31,245 bases of DNA from positions 1 to 31,245 of the IMG/VR virus record IMGVR_UViG_3300037589_000202; one strand, written 5' to 3'. This DNA comes from a virus (Duplodnaviria; Caudoviricetes). The stretch's first letter is position 1, and every line of letters starts with the position of its first letter. The position numbers were made by a program, and so were the translations under genes. The notes under the pieces are model-generated. The model had not been told where the DNA came from and ran no database searches. It saw only the letters and a program-made list of their open reading frames with translations. This document shows, one piece after another, positions 1 through 8,516 of this stretch.

Positions 1-696
1 TTACGACACTCTCTGGTGTATCCAGCCGTGAATAAGCCAAATACTACGAACATCTTTTTTGCAAAACTCAAAGTCATCGTAACTATCCTGGTTTTCGCTT
101 TTAAAAATGAATCTTTCATCCTCTCGATCCGGGTGTCTACGTATATACTTGAGATATTTTCGCCCATCATTTGCTACTATGCCATATATCTGACCATATT
201 CTAAATGAGATTGCCAATCCATTACTTGTTTGGCAAACAGCATCATTCCGGATTGTATCAAAGGTTCCATTGAATCATTATACGAGAAGAAACTTACACA
301 ACCTTTAAATTGAGGCATATACATGTAGTACTCTGGAGCTGTAGTTTGATCGTTTATACTTTCTAAATTACCCCCTACAAAATCAACTGGATAAAAAGGA
401 ACGTAGTTTTTGTCGCCAGAGGGCACTTGCGATTCTGTTATATGACTATCATTTATATCTTGAGAGTATTGGTTGTTTTGATACTTTATCATCTCGCCAG
501 ATCCAGTGAGCAACCATTCAAGGTCAAGATTAGGGAAATTCTCTACTATTTTCTCTAATTTATTTATTCCAATGCTTTTAGAGATTGAATTAACATACCC
601 ATTTGATGCAGATATTGTTCGTTCAAAGTCCGAAATAGTCATTTCTTGATAATTTAGATATTCCTTAAGTCTTTTTTTTACACTCATAATCAACAT
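1..696 (-). CDS. CI/LexA-like phage repressor (N-terminal HTH, C-terminal S24 peptidase-like domain)
   Basis: HTH region (SDFERTISASNGYVN; NFPNLDLEWLLTGSGEM) and S24-like motifs (NDSMEPLI; YLKYI); divergent from ner/A/B. Alternative ATG at 687. Confidence 0.88.
   Translation of the reverse strand: MLIMSVKKRLKEYLNYQEMTISDFERTISASNGYVNSISKSIGINKLEKIVENFPNLDLEWLLTGSGEMIKYQNNQYSQDINDSHITESQVPSGDKNYVPFYPVDFVGGNLESINDQTTAPEYYMYMPQFKGCVSFFSYNDSMEPLIQSGMMLFAKQVMDWQSHLEYGQIYGIVANDGRKYLKYIRRHPDREDERFIFKSENQDSYDDFEFCKKDVRSIWLIHGWIHQRVS
531..545. promoter_or_regulatory. Putative auxiliary operator TAGGGAAATTCTCTA inside the repressor gene
   Basis: Matches the TAGAG-N5-CTCTA dyad at 710 and 741 with one arm mismatch. 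Confidence 0.45.
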
Positions 697-709
697 TTTA
701 TAAATTAAT

Positions 710-724
710 TAGAGTTTTTCTCTA
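710..724. promoter_or_regulatory. Putative operator TAGAGTTTTTCTCTA
   Basis: TAGAG-N5-CTCTA dyad in the repressor/ner intergenic region. Confidence 0.7.
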
Positions 725-731
725 GTTACGC

Positions 732-763
732 TTGGCTAGTTAGAGAATTTCTCTATATATTTG
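732..763 (+). promoter_or_regulatory. Early promoter (Bacteroidota primary-sigma type)
   Basis: TTG at 732-734 and TATATTTG (TAnnTTTG consensus) at 756-763, upstream of the ner-like ATG at 791. Confidence 0.7.
741..755. promoter_or_regulatory. Putative operator TAGAGAATTTCTCTA (perfect palindrome)
   Basis: 7-bp arms around a central T; directly abuts the -7 box of the early promoter. Confidence 0.75.
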
Positions 764-790
764 TTCAACAAAAAGGAACAAACAAAGTCA

Positions 791-1000
791 ATGAGCAAAT
801 CTAACGATAAAAAAACAAAACGAAAGAACGGCGCTATCATAAACAAGGTAGCAGATCTATTTAATGTATCAACTAGATATGTGCGGATGTGCTTAGATAA
901 TGATAGGCACGGAAAGACTGCTGAGCTAATTGTTAAACAGTACAATGTGTTGAACAAAGAGCTACAAGAAATTATGAAAATCAATAAGCCCACTGTATAA
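791..1000 (+). CDS. Ner/Cro-like small HTH regulator
   Basis: HTH-like IINKVADLFNVSTRYVRMCL; between repressor and transposase; ATG 791 preferred over TTG 761, which lies within the promoter box. Confidence 0.75.
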   Translation: MSKSNDKKTKRKNGAIINKVADLFNVSTRYVRMCLDNDRHGKTAELIVKQYNVLNKELQEIMKINKPTV

Positions 1001-3037
1001 ATGTTTACATATTACGAAAATACATTCTGCATCCAAGCCACTGCTCTTTATGGGGAGTTAAAAGTAATGACAGAAAATAACTACCAGGCCTTGGTGCGAA
1101 GAAAGAAGATGTTTAAGTCGAGAAAGGGAGGTGCTTATCACAAGGCTTTAGTTTCTTTTGACAGCATTCCAGAACGTTTCAGAAAAAAGATAATTGAGCA
1201 AGTAGGAGATCCTTACAGTGCATTCAAGTTTTTGGAGTTTCAGCAGTTTATTATATCAGATCAAGAGGCTGAGATATTCTTTAGGCAATATGAAATGAAT
1301 GATGGATCTCCATTGCCAATCGAAAAGCAGCAGGAATACACAATGAATGCCTCAATTCTTCAAGCTTGTCATACTATAAGAACTAATGTGTCTGCCAGAA
1401 GAAAAGCGATGGGAGGTTCGAAGATTCGAGGAATATGGGAAAAGTTTTCTGAAATAATATCTCAACTACCACAAGATCAATATAGTCATTCCTTGCCAAC
1501 AGCTACTAGATCTATCCAGGATCTATACAACGCTACGATTTTAAACAAACCAAACAAAAGATACAAGCAGAAGGTTGGTTACGAAACTTTGATTCACGGA
1601 AACTATTTGAACACTAACTCATCAAAGCTTACAGAGGAATCTAAGTTATGGATTATTTCAAGATGGGCGGCACCAGTAAATAGATGTGCAACTGTCTCAC
1701 AGCTTCATAGGGAATACAACCAAAAAGCAAATATTGAGGGTTGGAAAGAGCTTAAAGAGGAAAAGACTATTTACAATTTTATAAATCAGGAAGATATTAA
1801 GCCAATGTGGTGGGCGCAAAGATATGGTGAGCTCGCTTACAAAGAGAAATATGTGTATCAGTTCAGCACCAAGTTACCAACTATGAGAGACAGTCTGTGG
1901 TATTCTGACGGAACGAAGATGAACTACTATTACCAGGAAGATGGTAAGATGAAAACTTGTCAAGTATATGAAGTTATGGATGCCTACAGCGAAGTTCTTT
2001 TGGGTTACCACATTTCACCGACAGAAAATTACGAAGCTCAATTCAATGCTTTCAAAATGGCAGCCCAAGTTGCAGGCCATAAGCCGTTTCAAATAGGAAT
2101 TGATAACCAGGGTGGGCATAAGAAACTTGATACCGGTGGGTTTCTAAGTAAAATAGCTAGACTTAAAATAGCCGCTCAGCCCTACAACGGTAAGTCAAAA
2201 ACTATCGAAAATGTATTTTACAGATTGCAAAACCAATTTTTAAAACAAGACTGGTTTTTTACAGGCCAAAATATCACAACAAATAAAACGGAAAGTAAAG
2301 CCAACATGGAAATGATCCTGGCTAATGCTAAAAACCTACCTACCCTTAAAGAAGTAAAGGCTGTTTATTCGCAAAGAAGAAAAGAGTGGAACTCTGCTCC
2401 TCATGGTAAAACAGGGGTGGCAAGACTAGAAATGTACCTGAACTCAGTAAATGAGCAAACTCCTGAAATAAAGTTGGTTGATATGATTGATTTGTTCTGG
2501 ATTAAAAGACCAGAAAAAGTTAAGCTTTCGGCTTACGGGCTAACATTTAAAGAAAACAAAGTGAAGCACACCTATATGAAGTATAGAGAAGATGGACTTC
2601 CTGATTTAAGATGGCTTGAATTGCACATTGATAAATCATTTGTTATTAAATATGATCCTTCCGACTTAAGCCTGATTCATATTTATGAAGAGACTAAACT
2701 GGGCTTAAAGCATGTAACAGAAATGACTCCAAAAACTGAGATTCATAGAGGCAAACAAGAGCAAGAAGAATGGGAATCATCTTTTATCAAAAAAGTACAA
2801 GAAGAACAAAACAAGCAAAGATTCGACAGAAGAGATTCTACAGAGAAACTGCTTGAACAACACAACGAACTTCCTGAACAGCACGGATTGGTTTCTCCTA
2901 ATATTAAAGGTCTCGAGGGAAGAAAGAAAAACAAGGCTGTCAAGAAGAAAGTTTTCTGCGAGACTCAGGATATAGCTCAGCTTCAGAAAGACATTAGCAA
3001 TCAAAATGAAGAGGTAAGCATTTACGACAATTATTAA
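1001..3037 (+). CDS. MuA-like DDE transposase
   Basis: 678 aa; DDE-like motifs WYSDGT, IDNQGGH, KTIENVF; followed by a MuB-like ATPase. Confidence 0.92.
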   Translation: MFTYYENTFCIQATALYGELKVMTENNYQALVRRKKMFKSRKGGAYHKALVSFDSIPERFRKKIIEQVGDPYSAFKFLEFQQFIISDQEAEIFFRQYEMNDGSPLPIEKQQEYTMNASILQACHTIRTNVSARRKAMGGSKIRGIWEKFSEIISQLPQDQYSHSLPTATRSIQDLYNATILNKPNKRYKQKVGYETLIHGNYLNTNSSKLTEESKLWIISRWAAPVNRCATVSQLHREYNQKANIEGWKELKEEKTIYNFINQEDIKPMWWAQRYGELAYKEKYVYQFSTKLPTMRDSLWYSDGTKMNYYYQEDGKMKTCQVYEVMDAYSEVLLGYHISPTENYEAQFNAFKMAAQVAGHKPFQIGIDNQGGHKKLDTGGFLSKIARLKIAAQPYNGKSKTIENVFYRLQNQFLKQDWFFTGQNITTNKTESKANMEMILANAKNLPTLKEVKAVYSQRRKEWNSAPHGKTGVARLEMYLNSVNEQTPEIKLVDMIDLFWIKRPEKVKLSAYGLTFKENKVKHTYMKYREDGLPDLRWLELHIDKSFVIKYDPSDLSLIHIYEETKLGLKHVTEMTPKTEIHRGKQEQEEWESSFIKKVQEEQNKQRFDRRDSTEKLLEQHNELPEQHGLVSPNIKGLEGRKKNKAVKKKVFCETQDIAQLQKDISNQNEEVSIYDNY

Positions 3038-3057
3038 TCAACATAAACTACCCAAAT
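3033..3057 (+). repeat. Intergenic direct repeat, copy 1 (ATTAATCAACATAAACTACCCAAAT)
   Basis: 24/25 identical to 7051-7075. Confidence 0.85.
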
Positions 3058-3918
3058 ATGAAAACGCAAGAGCAAAAACACGCAATTAAACACAGATTAG
3101 AAGATTATGTAAACCACATTGGCTCACAAAACAAAGTAGCTAATTCCTGGGAAGGAGTTTCGGCAGCGACACTTTCACAAATTAGGAATGACAATTGGGA
3201 GCTAATTAACGACAGTATGTGGCTTAAGATTGAGAAATATCTAGGAATAAGCAGTAAGTCTTGGAACTTTTCTGAAACATCTGTTTCTCAAAAACTAACA
3301 CATGTGTATAGAGATTCAAAAGAACATTCATTAGTGATGGCTGTTTGTGGAAGCGCTGGAACTGGAAAGACCGGAACTACTGAGGAGCACGTGAAGAACA
3401 ATAAAAATGTATTTCACCTCCATTGCAACGAGTACTGGGACAGACGTTGGTTTTTAAAAGAGCTTCTTAAAACAATGGGAACTGACCCTAATGGAATGGT
3501 GATGGCTGAGATGATGGAAGAGGTTGTTGTTCGGTTGAAAGGAATGGATAAGCCACAAATAATTTTAGACGAGGCTGATAAATTGAGAGATCAGGTGTTT
3601 TATTTTTTCATCACTCTTTACAACCGTTTGGAGGATCAATGTTCGATAGTTCTTATTGCTACGGCATATTTAAAAAAGAGAATTAATAGGGGCTTGTCTC
3701 TTAATAAAAAGGGATACAGAGAAATTCACTCAAGAATAGGAAAGAGATTTATCGAGCTTGGAAGCATTACGCTAAAAGATGTGATTTTAATTTGCTCAGC
3801 AAATGGAATCACTGACAAAAATCAAATTAAAGAGATTTACGAGGATTGCGACCAAGACATTAGAAGAGTTAAGAGATTGGTTCATGCTTATAAAATGAAA
3901 GCTAAAACTGCTGCATAA
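3058..3918 (+). CDS. MuB-like AAA+ transposition ATPase
   Basis: N-terminal HTH (GVSAATLSQI), Walker A GSAGTGKT, Walker B IILDEAD, HSRIG arginine-finger region. Confidence 0.92.
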   Translation: MKTQEQKHAIKHRLEDYVNHIGSQNKVANSWEGVSAATLSQIRNDNWELINDSMWLKIEKYLGISSKSWNFSETSVSQKLTHVYRDSKEHSLVMAVCGSAGTGKTGTTEEHVKNNKNVFHLHCNEYWDRRWFLKELLKTMGTDPNGMVMAEMMEEVVVRLKGMDKPQIILDEADKLRDQVFYFFITLYNRLEDQCSIVLIATAYLKKRINRGLSLNKKGYREIHSRIGKRFIELGSITLKDVILICSANGITDKNQIKEIYEDCDQDIRRVKRLVHAYKMKAKTAA

Positions 3919-4353
3919 ATGACTGGAAAATATCAATATCATCCAGTGTTTGAGAACCTTAAAATTAACGAGGACGGATCCAAGTGCTACTATAGGAATA
4001 AGCTTTTAAGACCTTCTGTGGGGAAAGACAAAAAAATCAAGTACAATTTCTTAAACAGGAGTGTTTCGGCAGCAAAACTTGTAATTGAAGCTTGGCACGG
4101 AATGAGAATAGACCTTTCTTACACGCTTAAAAGACGTGATTTCGACACGTCTAATTCACACTGGAAGAATTTATACTGGGGTAAAAAGGGTGGTAACTAT
4201 GTCAAGAAAGGAGCAAACCTATCCAGAACTACGCAAAAAGCTATTGAAATGCTCAAGAAGGGAAAGCCAAACAAGGATATACAAGTAGAGCTAGAAATGG
4301 ACCGAAGAAGATTACATACAATAAAAAATAAATACATAAATGACCAAGCTTAA
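3919..4353 (+). CDS. Degenerate NUMOD4/HNH-like protein with C-terminal HTH
   Basis: AAKLVIEAWHG...KRRDFDTSNSHWKNLYW resembles the HNH_3 pattern but lacks the catalytic His; C-terminal LKKGKPNKDIQVELEMDRRRLHTIK is HTH-like. Confidence 0.55.
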   Translation: MTGKYQYHPVFENLKINEDGSKCYYRNKLLRPSVGKDKKIKYNFLNRSVSAAKLVIEAWHGMRIDLSYTLKRRDFDTSNSHWKNLYWGKKGGNYVKKGANLSRTTQKAIEMLKKGKPNKDIQVELEMDRRRLHTIKNKYINDQA

Positions 4354-4966
4354 TAGAGCCTACTCTCCTTCAAATATTATTCAAAAAAAATTTAAGGTAC
4401 TGGAGTTTGATGGTAAATGGGAACAATTAATTGGAAAGCCAGAACTAAACGGACACTGGATAGTATGGGGTAACTCAGGGAACGGTAAAACAGACTTTAT
4501 TGTCAAGCTAGCTAAGTATCTGTGTAATTTCTCAAAAGTTGTATTTAACCCTCTTGAAGAAGGCGTGAGTGAATCCATTAAGCAGGCTTTAATAAGAAAT
4601 CATATGGAGCAAGAAGAAGGGAAGTTTATGGTGTTAAACAAAGAGCCGTTCGAAATCTTAAAAGAGCGCTTGAAAAGAAGAAAGGCACCGAAGGTAGCAA
4701 TAATAGATAGCTTCCAGTATACCGAGCTATCCAAAAAGGAATTTAGAAAACTAGACGATGAATTTCCTCAAACATTATTTGTGTGGGTAAGCCATGCAGA
4801 AGGAAAGAATCCTGAAGGACGACCAGCTAAAGCACTTCGGTATCATGCAAACGTCAAGATTTATGTAGAAGGGTTTAAAGCAAGCTGCCAAAGCAGGTAC
4901 GGAGGTGGAGATCCTCTAATAATATGGCGCGAAAGAGCCGCAGAATATCACGGAGAACTAGATTAA
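4340..4966 (+). CDS. RecA/RadA/KaiC-like P-loop ATPase
   Basis: Walker A WGNSGNGKT, Walker B IIDSFQ, WVSH motif, C-terminal SRYG. Confidence 0.8.
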   Translation: MTKLNRAYSPSNIIQKKFKVLEFDGKWEQLIGKPELNGHWIVWGNSGNGKTDFIVKLAKYLCNFSKVVFNPLEEGVSESIKQALIRNHMEQEEGKFMVLNKEPFEILKERLKRRKAPKVAIIDSFQYTELSKKEFRKLDDEFPQTLFVWVSHAEGKNPEGRPAKALRYHANVKIYVEGFKASCQSRYGGGDPLIIWRERAAEYHGELD

Positions 4967-5002
4967 TAAAAATGAATTATATAAAAAATTTGAATTGCCC
5001 TT

Positions 5003-5401
5003 ATGAGAACGAAAACTACAACAAAAATCAACCATACACAAGGTATACGGGACAAATACGAATCCAATCGTCAGTGGATATTAAAAGAAACAGGTATTTC
5101 CGAAAGCGAACTTTTTCTAATGAAAACGGAAATAGGTTGCCAACTGCTTGAGGAAATATACCCTAGAGGAGGAGAATATGAGCGTCACTACCAAATTCAT
5201 AGTAAGCTTGAGGAGTATTGGAATTGGTTTCGATTGATATGGGCTAAATGGGACCAGTGTTATATTGTGTACAAAAAAGGAATGATAATAACTGCCCATG
5301 ATTATAAATCAGACATGCAACAAATAGTTCTTGATGAACAAGTTCATATTCATTACAGCATTACATATTTAAAAACACTATACAATGGGATACAAATATA
5401 G
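5003..5401 (+). CDS. Hypothetical phage protein
   Basis: 132-aa ORF in the tightly packed early operon. Confidence 0.7.
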   Translation: MRTKTTTKINHTQGIRDKYESNRQWILKETGISESELFLMKTEIGCQLLEEIYPRGGEYERHYQIHSKLEEYWNWFRLIWAKWDQCYIVYKKGMIITAHDYKSDMQQIVLDEQVHIHYSITYLKTLYNGIQI

Positions 5402-5636
5402 AAACTCACTTCTCAGAAGGCTAAAAGAAGCAAAGAAACGATACAAAAACACATTATTTAATTACGAAAGAAGCTCGATAAAAGACCCTAACTGGGAAGA
5501 GATAAGAATGGCAAAGAATCTTGCTGGTATTGATTTACAAACAATACAAAGCAGATTGAGAAATCTCGACAGACCATCATCGATGGAAGAGTACAACACG
5601 CAATCATCAGACAACAATAAAAACAATAAATCATGA
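5385..5636 (+). CDS. Hypothetical protein
   Basis: 83-aa ORF overlapping neighbours (ATGA coupling to 5633). Confidence 0.6.
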   Translation: MGYKYRNSLLRRLKEAKKRYKNTLFNYERSSIKDPNWEEIRMAKNLAGIDLQTIQSRLRNLDRPSSMEEYNTQSSDNNKNNKS

Positions 5637-6253
5637 ATCAAAAAACAAGCCAACCGTATTGGACGGACGAAAAAGGACACAAGGTAGAAGTTAAAAGACT
5701 TACCAAGGTAGAGAAACTGCAAGAAAGAAGCGCAGCGTCTATTTGCAAGAAAGCATTAAAAATCAACTCAGACTTACTCAGTTTTAAAACAAGTGTCATT
5801 GAATTGTGCGACAAAGTATATGAACAATACATGGAGGAAAATAACAACTCGGGCAAAGTAAGAAAAGGAGGTTTTACGTGGTACAACTTTGATAAAACGA
5901 TCAAGATTGAGGTCTCCATAAATGAACCAATAAAATTTGACGATTTAGCAATCACTGCTTGCAAAGACAAGCTAGACGAGTTTTTGGACAACAACATTGA
6001 TTCAAAAAACGAGATCATAAAGGAAATGATAACGGATGCTTTTGAAACTTCCCGTGGAAAGCTCGACACTAAAAAGGTGATGAGCTTATTAAGTTACAAG
6101 CATCGTGTTTCAGACGCAGTTTTTTTGGAGGCAATGGATCTGCTAGAAAAAGGAATTACAAGGCCGGAAAGCAAGAAATACTTCAGGATTTGGCAAAAAG
6201 ACAACCAGGGGGAATATCAAAACATCGATTTAAACTTTAGCTCAGTAAAGTGA
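5633..6253 (+). CDS. DUF3164 family Mu-like phage protein
   Basis: KGGFTWYNFD, IKFDD...KDKLDE, AF...GKLDTKKVMSL, SKKYFRIWQK...YQNIDLNFS. Confidence 0.85.
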   Translation: MNQKTSQPYWTDEKGHKVEVKRLTKVEKLQERSAASICKKALKINSDLLSFKTSVIELCDKVYEQYMEENNNSGKVRKGGFTWYNFDKTIKIEVSINEPIKFDDLAITACKDKLDEFLDNNIDSKNEIIKEMITDAFETSRGKLDTKKVMSLLSYKHRVSDAVFLEAMDLLEKGITRPESKKYFRIWQKDNQGEYQNIDLNFSSVK

Positions 6254-6507
6254 CATTTACTGGGTACTATATCGAAATCAAGACGGTTCTAAAGCAACAC
6301 AACCTTTCCATCATTGATAGTGTTGCTTGGGACTTCTTCCAAAGGGGTTATTCTACTGATTTAGTAATTCGAGAGTTTCTTAAAATTCAAAATCATGACG
6401 ACCTACCCACTATAAAAGATTTCTTGGAGAACAGTTCAAATAAAAAAAACAGGATTCATTCATATAGTAACACTAGGATATGGCGGTCAGAAAATACACT
6501 AAAATAA
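6250..6507 (+). CDS. Hypothetical protein
   Basis: GTGA overlap with the upstream stop; 85 aa. Confidence 0.55.
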   Translation: MTFTGYYIEIKTVLKQHNLSIIDSVAWDFFQRGYSTDLVIREFLKIQNHDDLPTIKDFLENSSNKKNRIHSYSNTRIWRSENTLK

Positions 6508-7055
6508 CAGCTAAACAGGTCTCTTTTATTCTCAAAAACTTTGAGAAAATGAACAACAAAGATCTTGCTTCCTCATTAGGGTTAAAAGCATCTCAAGTAA
6601 GATCAGTATACAGAAGAAATGGACTAAAAAGAATTGCTGGAAACGGGAGATTTGAAAAGGGACATGTTCCAGCAAACAAAGGAGTAAAAATGAGTAAATC
6701 TCAATATGATGCTTGCAAAAAAACAATGTTCAAAAAGGGTTCGACTCCTGTAAACCACAAACCTGTAGGCTCTGAAAGAGTAGATAAAGATGGGTATACA
6801 GTTATAAAAACAAAAGAGCCTTCTACCTGGGAACTTAAACACAGAGTAGTTTGGCTAAAGCATAACCCTCCATTAAAAAACGGTGAGATTGTAACTTTTA
6901 AAAACGGTGACAAATCAGATATAAGCCTATCTAATTTACAGATAAAATGTAGAATCCAAAATATGCATGAGAATTCTAAGCACATAAACCCAAAAGAGAT
7001 CATACCGTCATTGGTCTACCTTACCAAAATTAAAAAGCATTTAAATAATCATTAA
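6480..7055 (+). CDS. HTH plus HNH_3-like protein (probably nuclease-dead)
   Basis: Repeated FxKGxxPxN motifs, DGYTVIK...WELKHRVVW, VTFKNGDKSDISLSNL. Confidence 0.75.
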   Translation: MAVRKYTKITAKQVSFILKNFEKMNNKDLASSLGLKASQVRSVYRRNGLKRIAGNGRFEKGHVPANKGVKMSKSQYDACKKTMFKKGSTPVNHKPVGSERVDKDGYTVIKTKEPSTWELKHRVVWLKHNPPLKNGEIVTFKNGDKSDISLSNLQIKCRIQNMHENSKHINPKEIIPSLVYLTKIKKHLNNH

Positions 7056-7075
7056 TCAACATAAACTATCCAAAT
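7051..7075 (+). repeat. Intergenic direct repeat, copy 2 (ATTAATCAACATAAACTATCCAAAT)
   Basis: 24/25 identical to 3033-3057. Confidence 0.85.
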
Positions 7076-7340
7076 GGCAAAAAACACACTCGACACACTG
7101 AACAACCATCTATTTCTTACGCTGGAAAACCTAACGAATCCAGATATAGATGAATCTGGAAATGTAATTAACGAAATGACACCGGAAAAAGCTAAAGCTG
7201 TTGTTGCTGTATCCAATCAAGTCATACAAGGCAAAAGACTCCAGTTAGAAGCTTTAAAACTTGTTTCTAGCGGTGATTTAGGAACAGAACAATCTGAGAA
7301 CATAAAACAAAACTACTTAACGATATCTGATCATGAATAA
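7074..7340 (+). CDS. Conserved hypothetical phage protein
   Basis: N-terminal KNTLDTLNNHLFLTLENL...KAKAVVAVSNQVI pattern, which I recall adjacent to this HNH-like family. Confidence 0.75.
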   Translation: MAKNTLDTLNNHLFLTLENLTNPDIDESGNVINEMTPEKAKAVVAVSNQVIQGKRLQLEALKLVSSGDLGTEQSENIKQNYLTISDHE

Positions 7341-7770
7341 ATACGCGAAATACTTCTTGATAGAAAACAAGATAAAAAATCAAGGATGTCAAATAGATAG
7401 ATCCGAACTGATAATCTCGTTTAGTGAGGGCACAAAATCTAGCCTTAAGGAGCTGTCTGAATTTGAGTATAGAGAGTTCTTGACCTGGCTTACGCAATCA
7501 TTTATTCCAGAAAACAGAGACTCTTGGATCAAATCTCCTGAAAACTTAATGAGAAGAAAAATTATTGGAATTTTCAAAGAAATGGAATACACATTGCCAG
7601 ATGGCTCGGCTGACATGAAGGCAATCAATGCCTGGTGCTTAAAATATAGTGCTAAAAAGAAACTTTTAAATGATCATTCAAAAACAGAACTAGCAAAGCT
7701 TGTACTTCAAGCAGAATTAGTAAAAAAATCATTCATAAACTCAGTAACAAAAACCCCAAAAACAACATGA
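7333..7770 (+). CDS. GemA/gp16 (DUF1018)-like protein
   Basis: SSLKELSEFEYREFL; RRKIIGIF; KLLNDHSKTELAKLV; position in a Mu-like semi-essential region. Confidence 0.6.
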   Translation: MNKYAKYFLIENKIKNQGCQIDRSELIISFSEGTKSSLKELSEFEYREFLTWLTQSFIPENRDSWIKSPENLMRRKIIGIFKEMEYTLPDGSADMKAINAWCLKYSAKKKLLNDHSKTELAKLVLQAELVKKSFINSVTKTPKTT

Positions 7771-8186
7771 AAAAATTAGTTTACATCACAGCAATCGCAG
7801 TCATTTTATCAAACTGCAAAAAAGAGACAGAGCAATTAGAGTGTAAAGGTACCCCCTATAATCAAACGGTTTGGGTGCTTGAAAAAGCGGAGCATGTCCG
7901 CAGACTATCTTCCAATGACTCAATAGTGAACAGATCAAATGTAGTGTCGCATCTGTATAGTTATGACCACAAATTCCATTCGGGAATTTATTATCAATCT
8001 CCCGCAGACTCTAATCACTTTACTGTGGCGGGTTCATACTCCAATGACCAGGTGTATTTAAATATTGGAGGAGGCTTAATTTACGTAAAATCGAGCGAAG
8101 GAAATAGACTTATTTTGGAAAGGATATTGGTCTCCCTGTCTCTTCAGGAATACCTTACAGAAAGAAACACATTTAAAAAGAAATAA
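7767..8186 (+). CDS. Putative lipoprotein
   Basis: Signal peptide II MKKLVYITAIAVILSN-C followed by KKETE. Confidence 0.75.
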   Translation: MKKLVYITAIAVILSNCKKETEQLECKGTPYNQTVWVLEKAEHVRRLSSNDSIVNRSNVVSHLYSYDHKFHSGIYYQSPADSNHFTVAGSYSNDQVYLNIGGGLIYVKSSEGNRLILERILVSLSLQEYLTERNTFKKK

Positions 8187-8216
8187 CGGCTTCAACCTGA
8201 AAAAGAATAATAAATT

Positions 8217-8516
8217 ATGGAAAACAAAATTTTAGAAATTGCTGAAAAACATCAGGGCAAAATGGCTTCGGTTCATCCTGAGGTAATTGTGTCAACTATA
8301 AAAGATGCTATAATTGAAGCGCTAACATATTCTGAGTTGTCAAAAAAAACAGAAAACAACAGAGAGTTTTTGCAAAAAGCCTATGACATAACAGCTTTAA
8401 AAAATGAAGCAGGAGGTCTTGAAACATATGTAAATTGGCTGGAAAGGAATTTGTTAGTGAAAATTGAAAAAGTTAATGAATTAATAATTCAATTTGGTAA
8501 AACCCAAAAAGCATGA
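8217..8516 (+). CDS. Hypothetical protein
   Basis: 99-aa ORF with A-rich start, coupled to the next gene. Confidence 0.65.
   Translation: MENKILEIAEKHQGKMASVHPEVIVSTIKDAIIEALTYSELSKKTENNREFLQKAYDITALKNEAGGLETYVNWLERNLLVKIEKVNELIIQFGKTQKA

Noticed and set aside
4924-5151. 75-aa ORF (or ATG 4972) with A AAA AAT as a possible frameshift into 5003-5401
   Set aside because: The downstream gene is in the +1 frame and the -1 frame stops at once; the ORF overlaps two better genes
5462-7628. Multiple - strand ORFs of 64-143 aa opposite the early operon (and similar shadows opposite late genes)
   Set aside because: Antisense shadows of well-supported genes, with no motifs or expression signals
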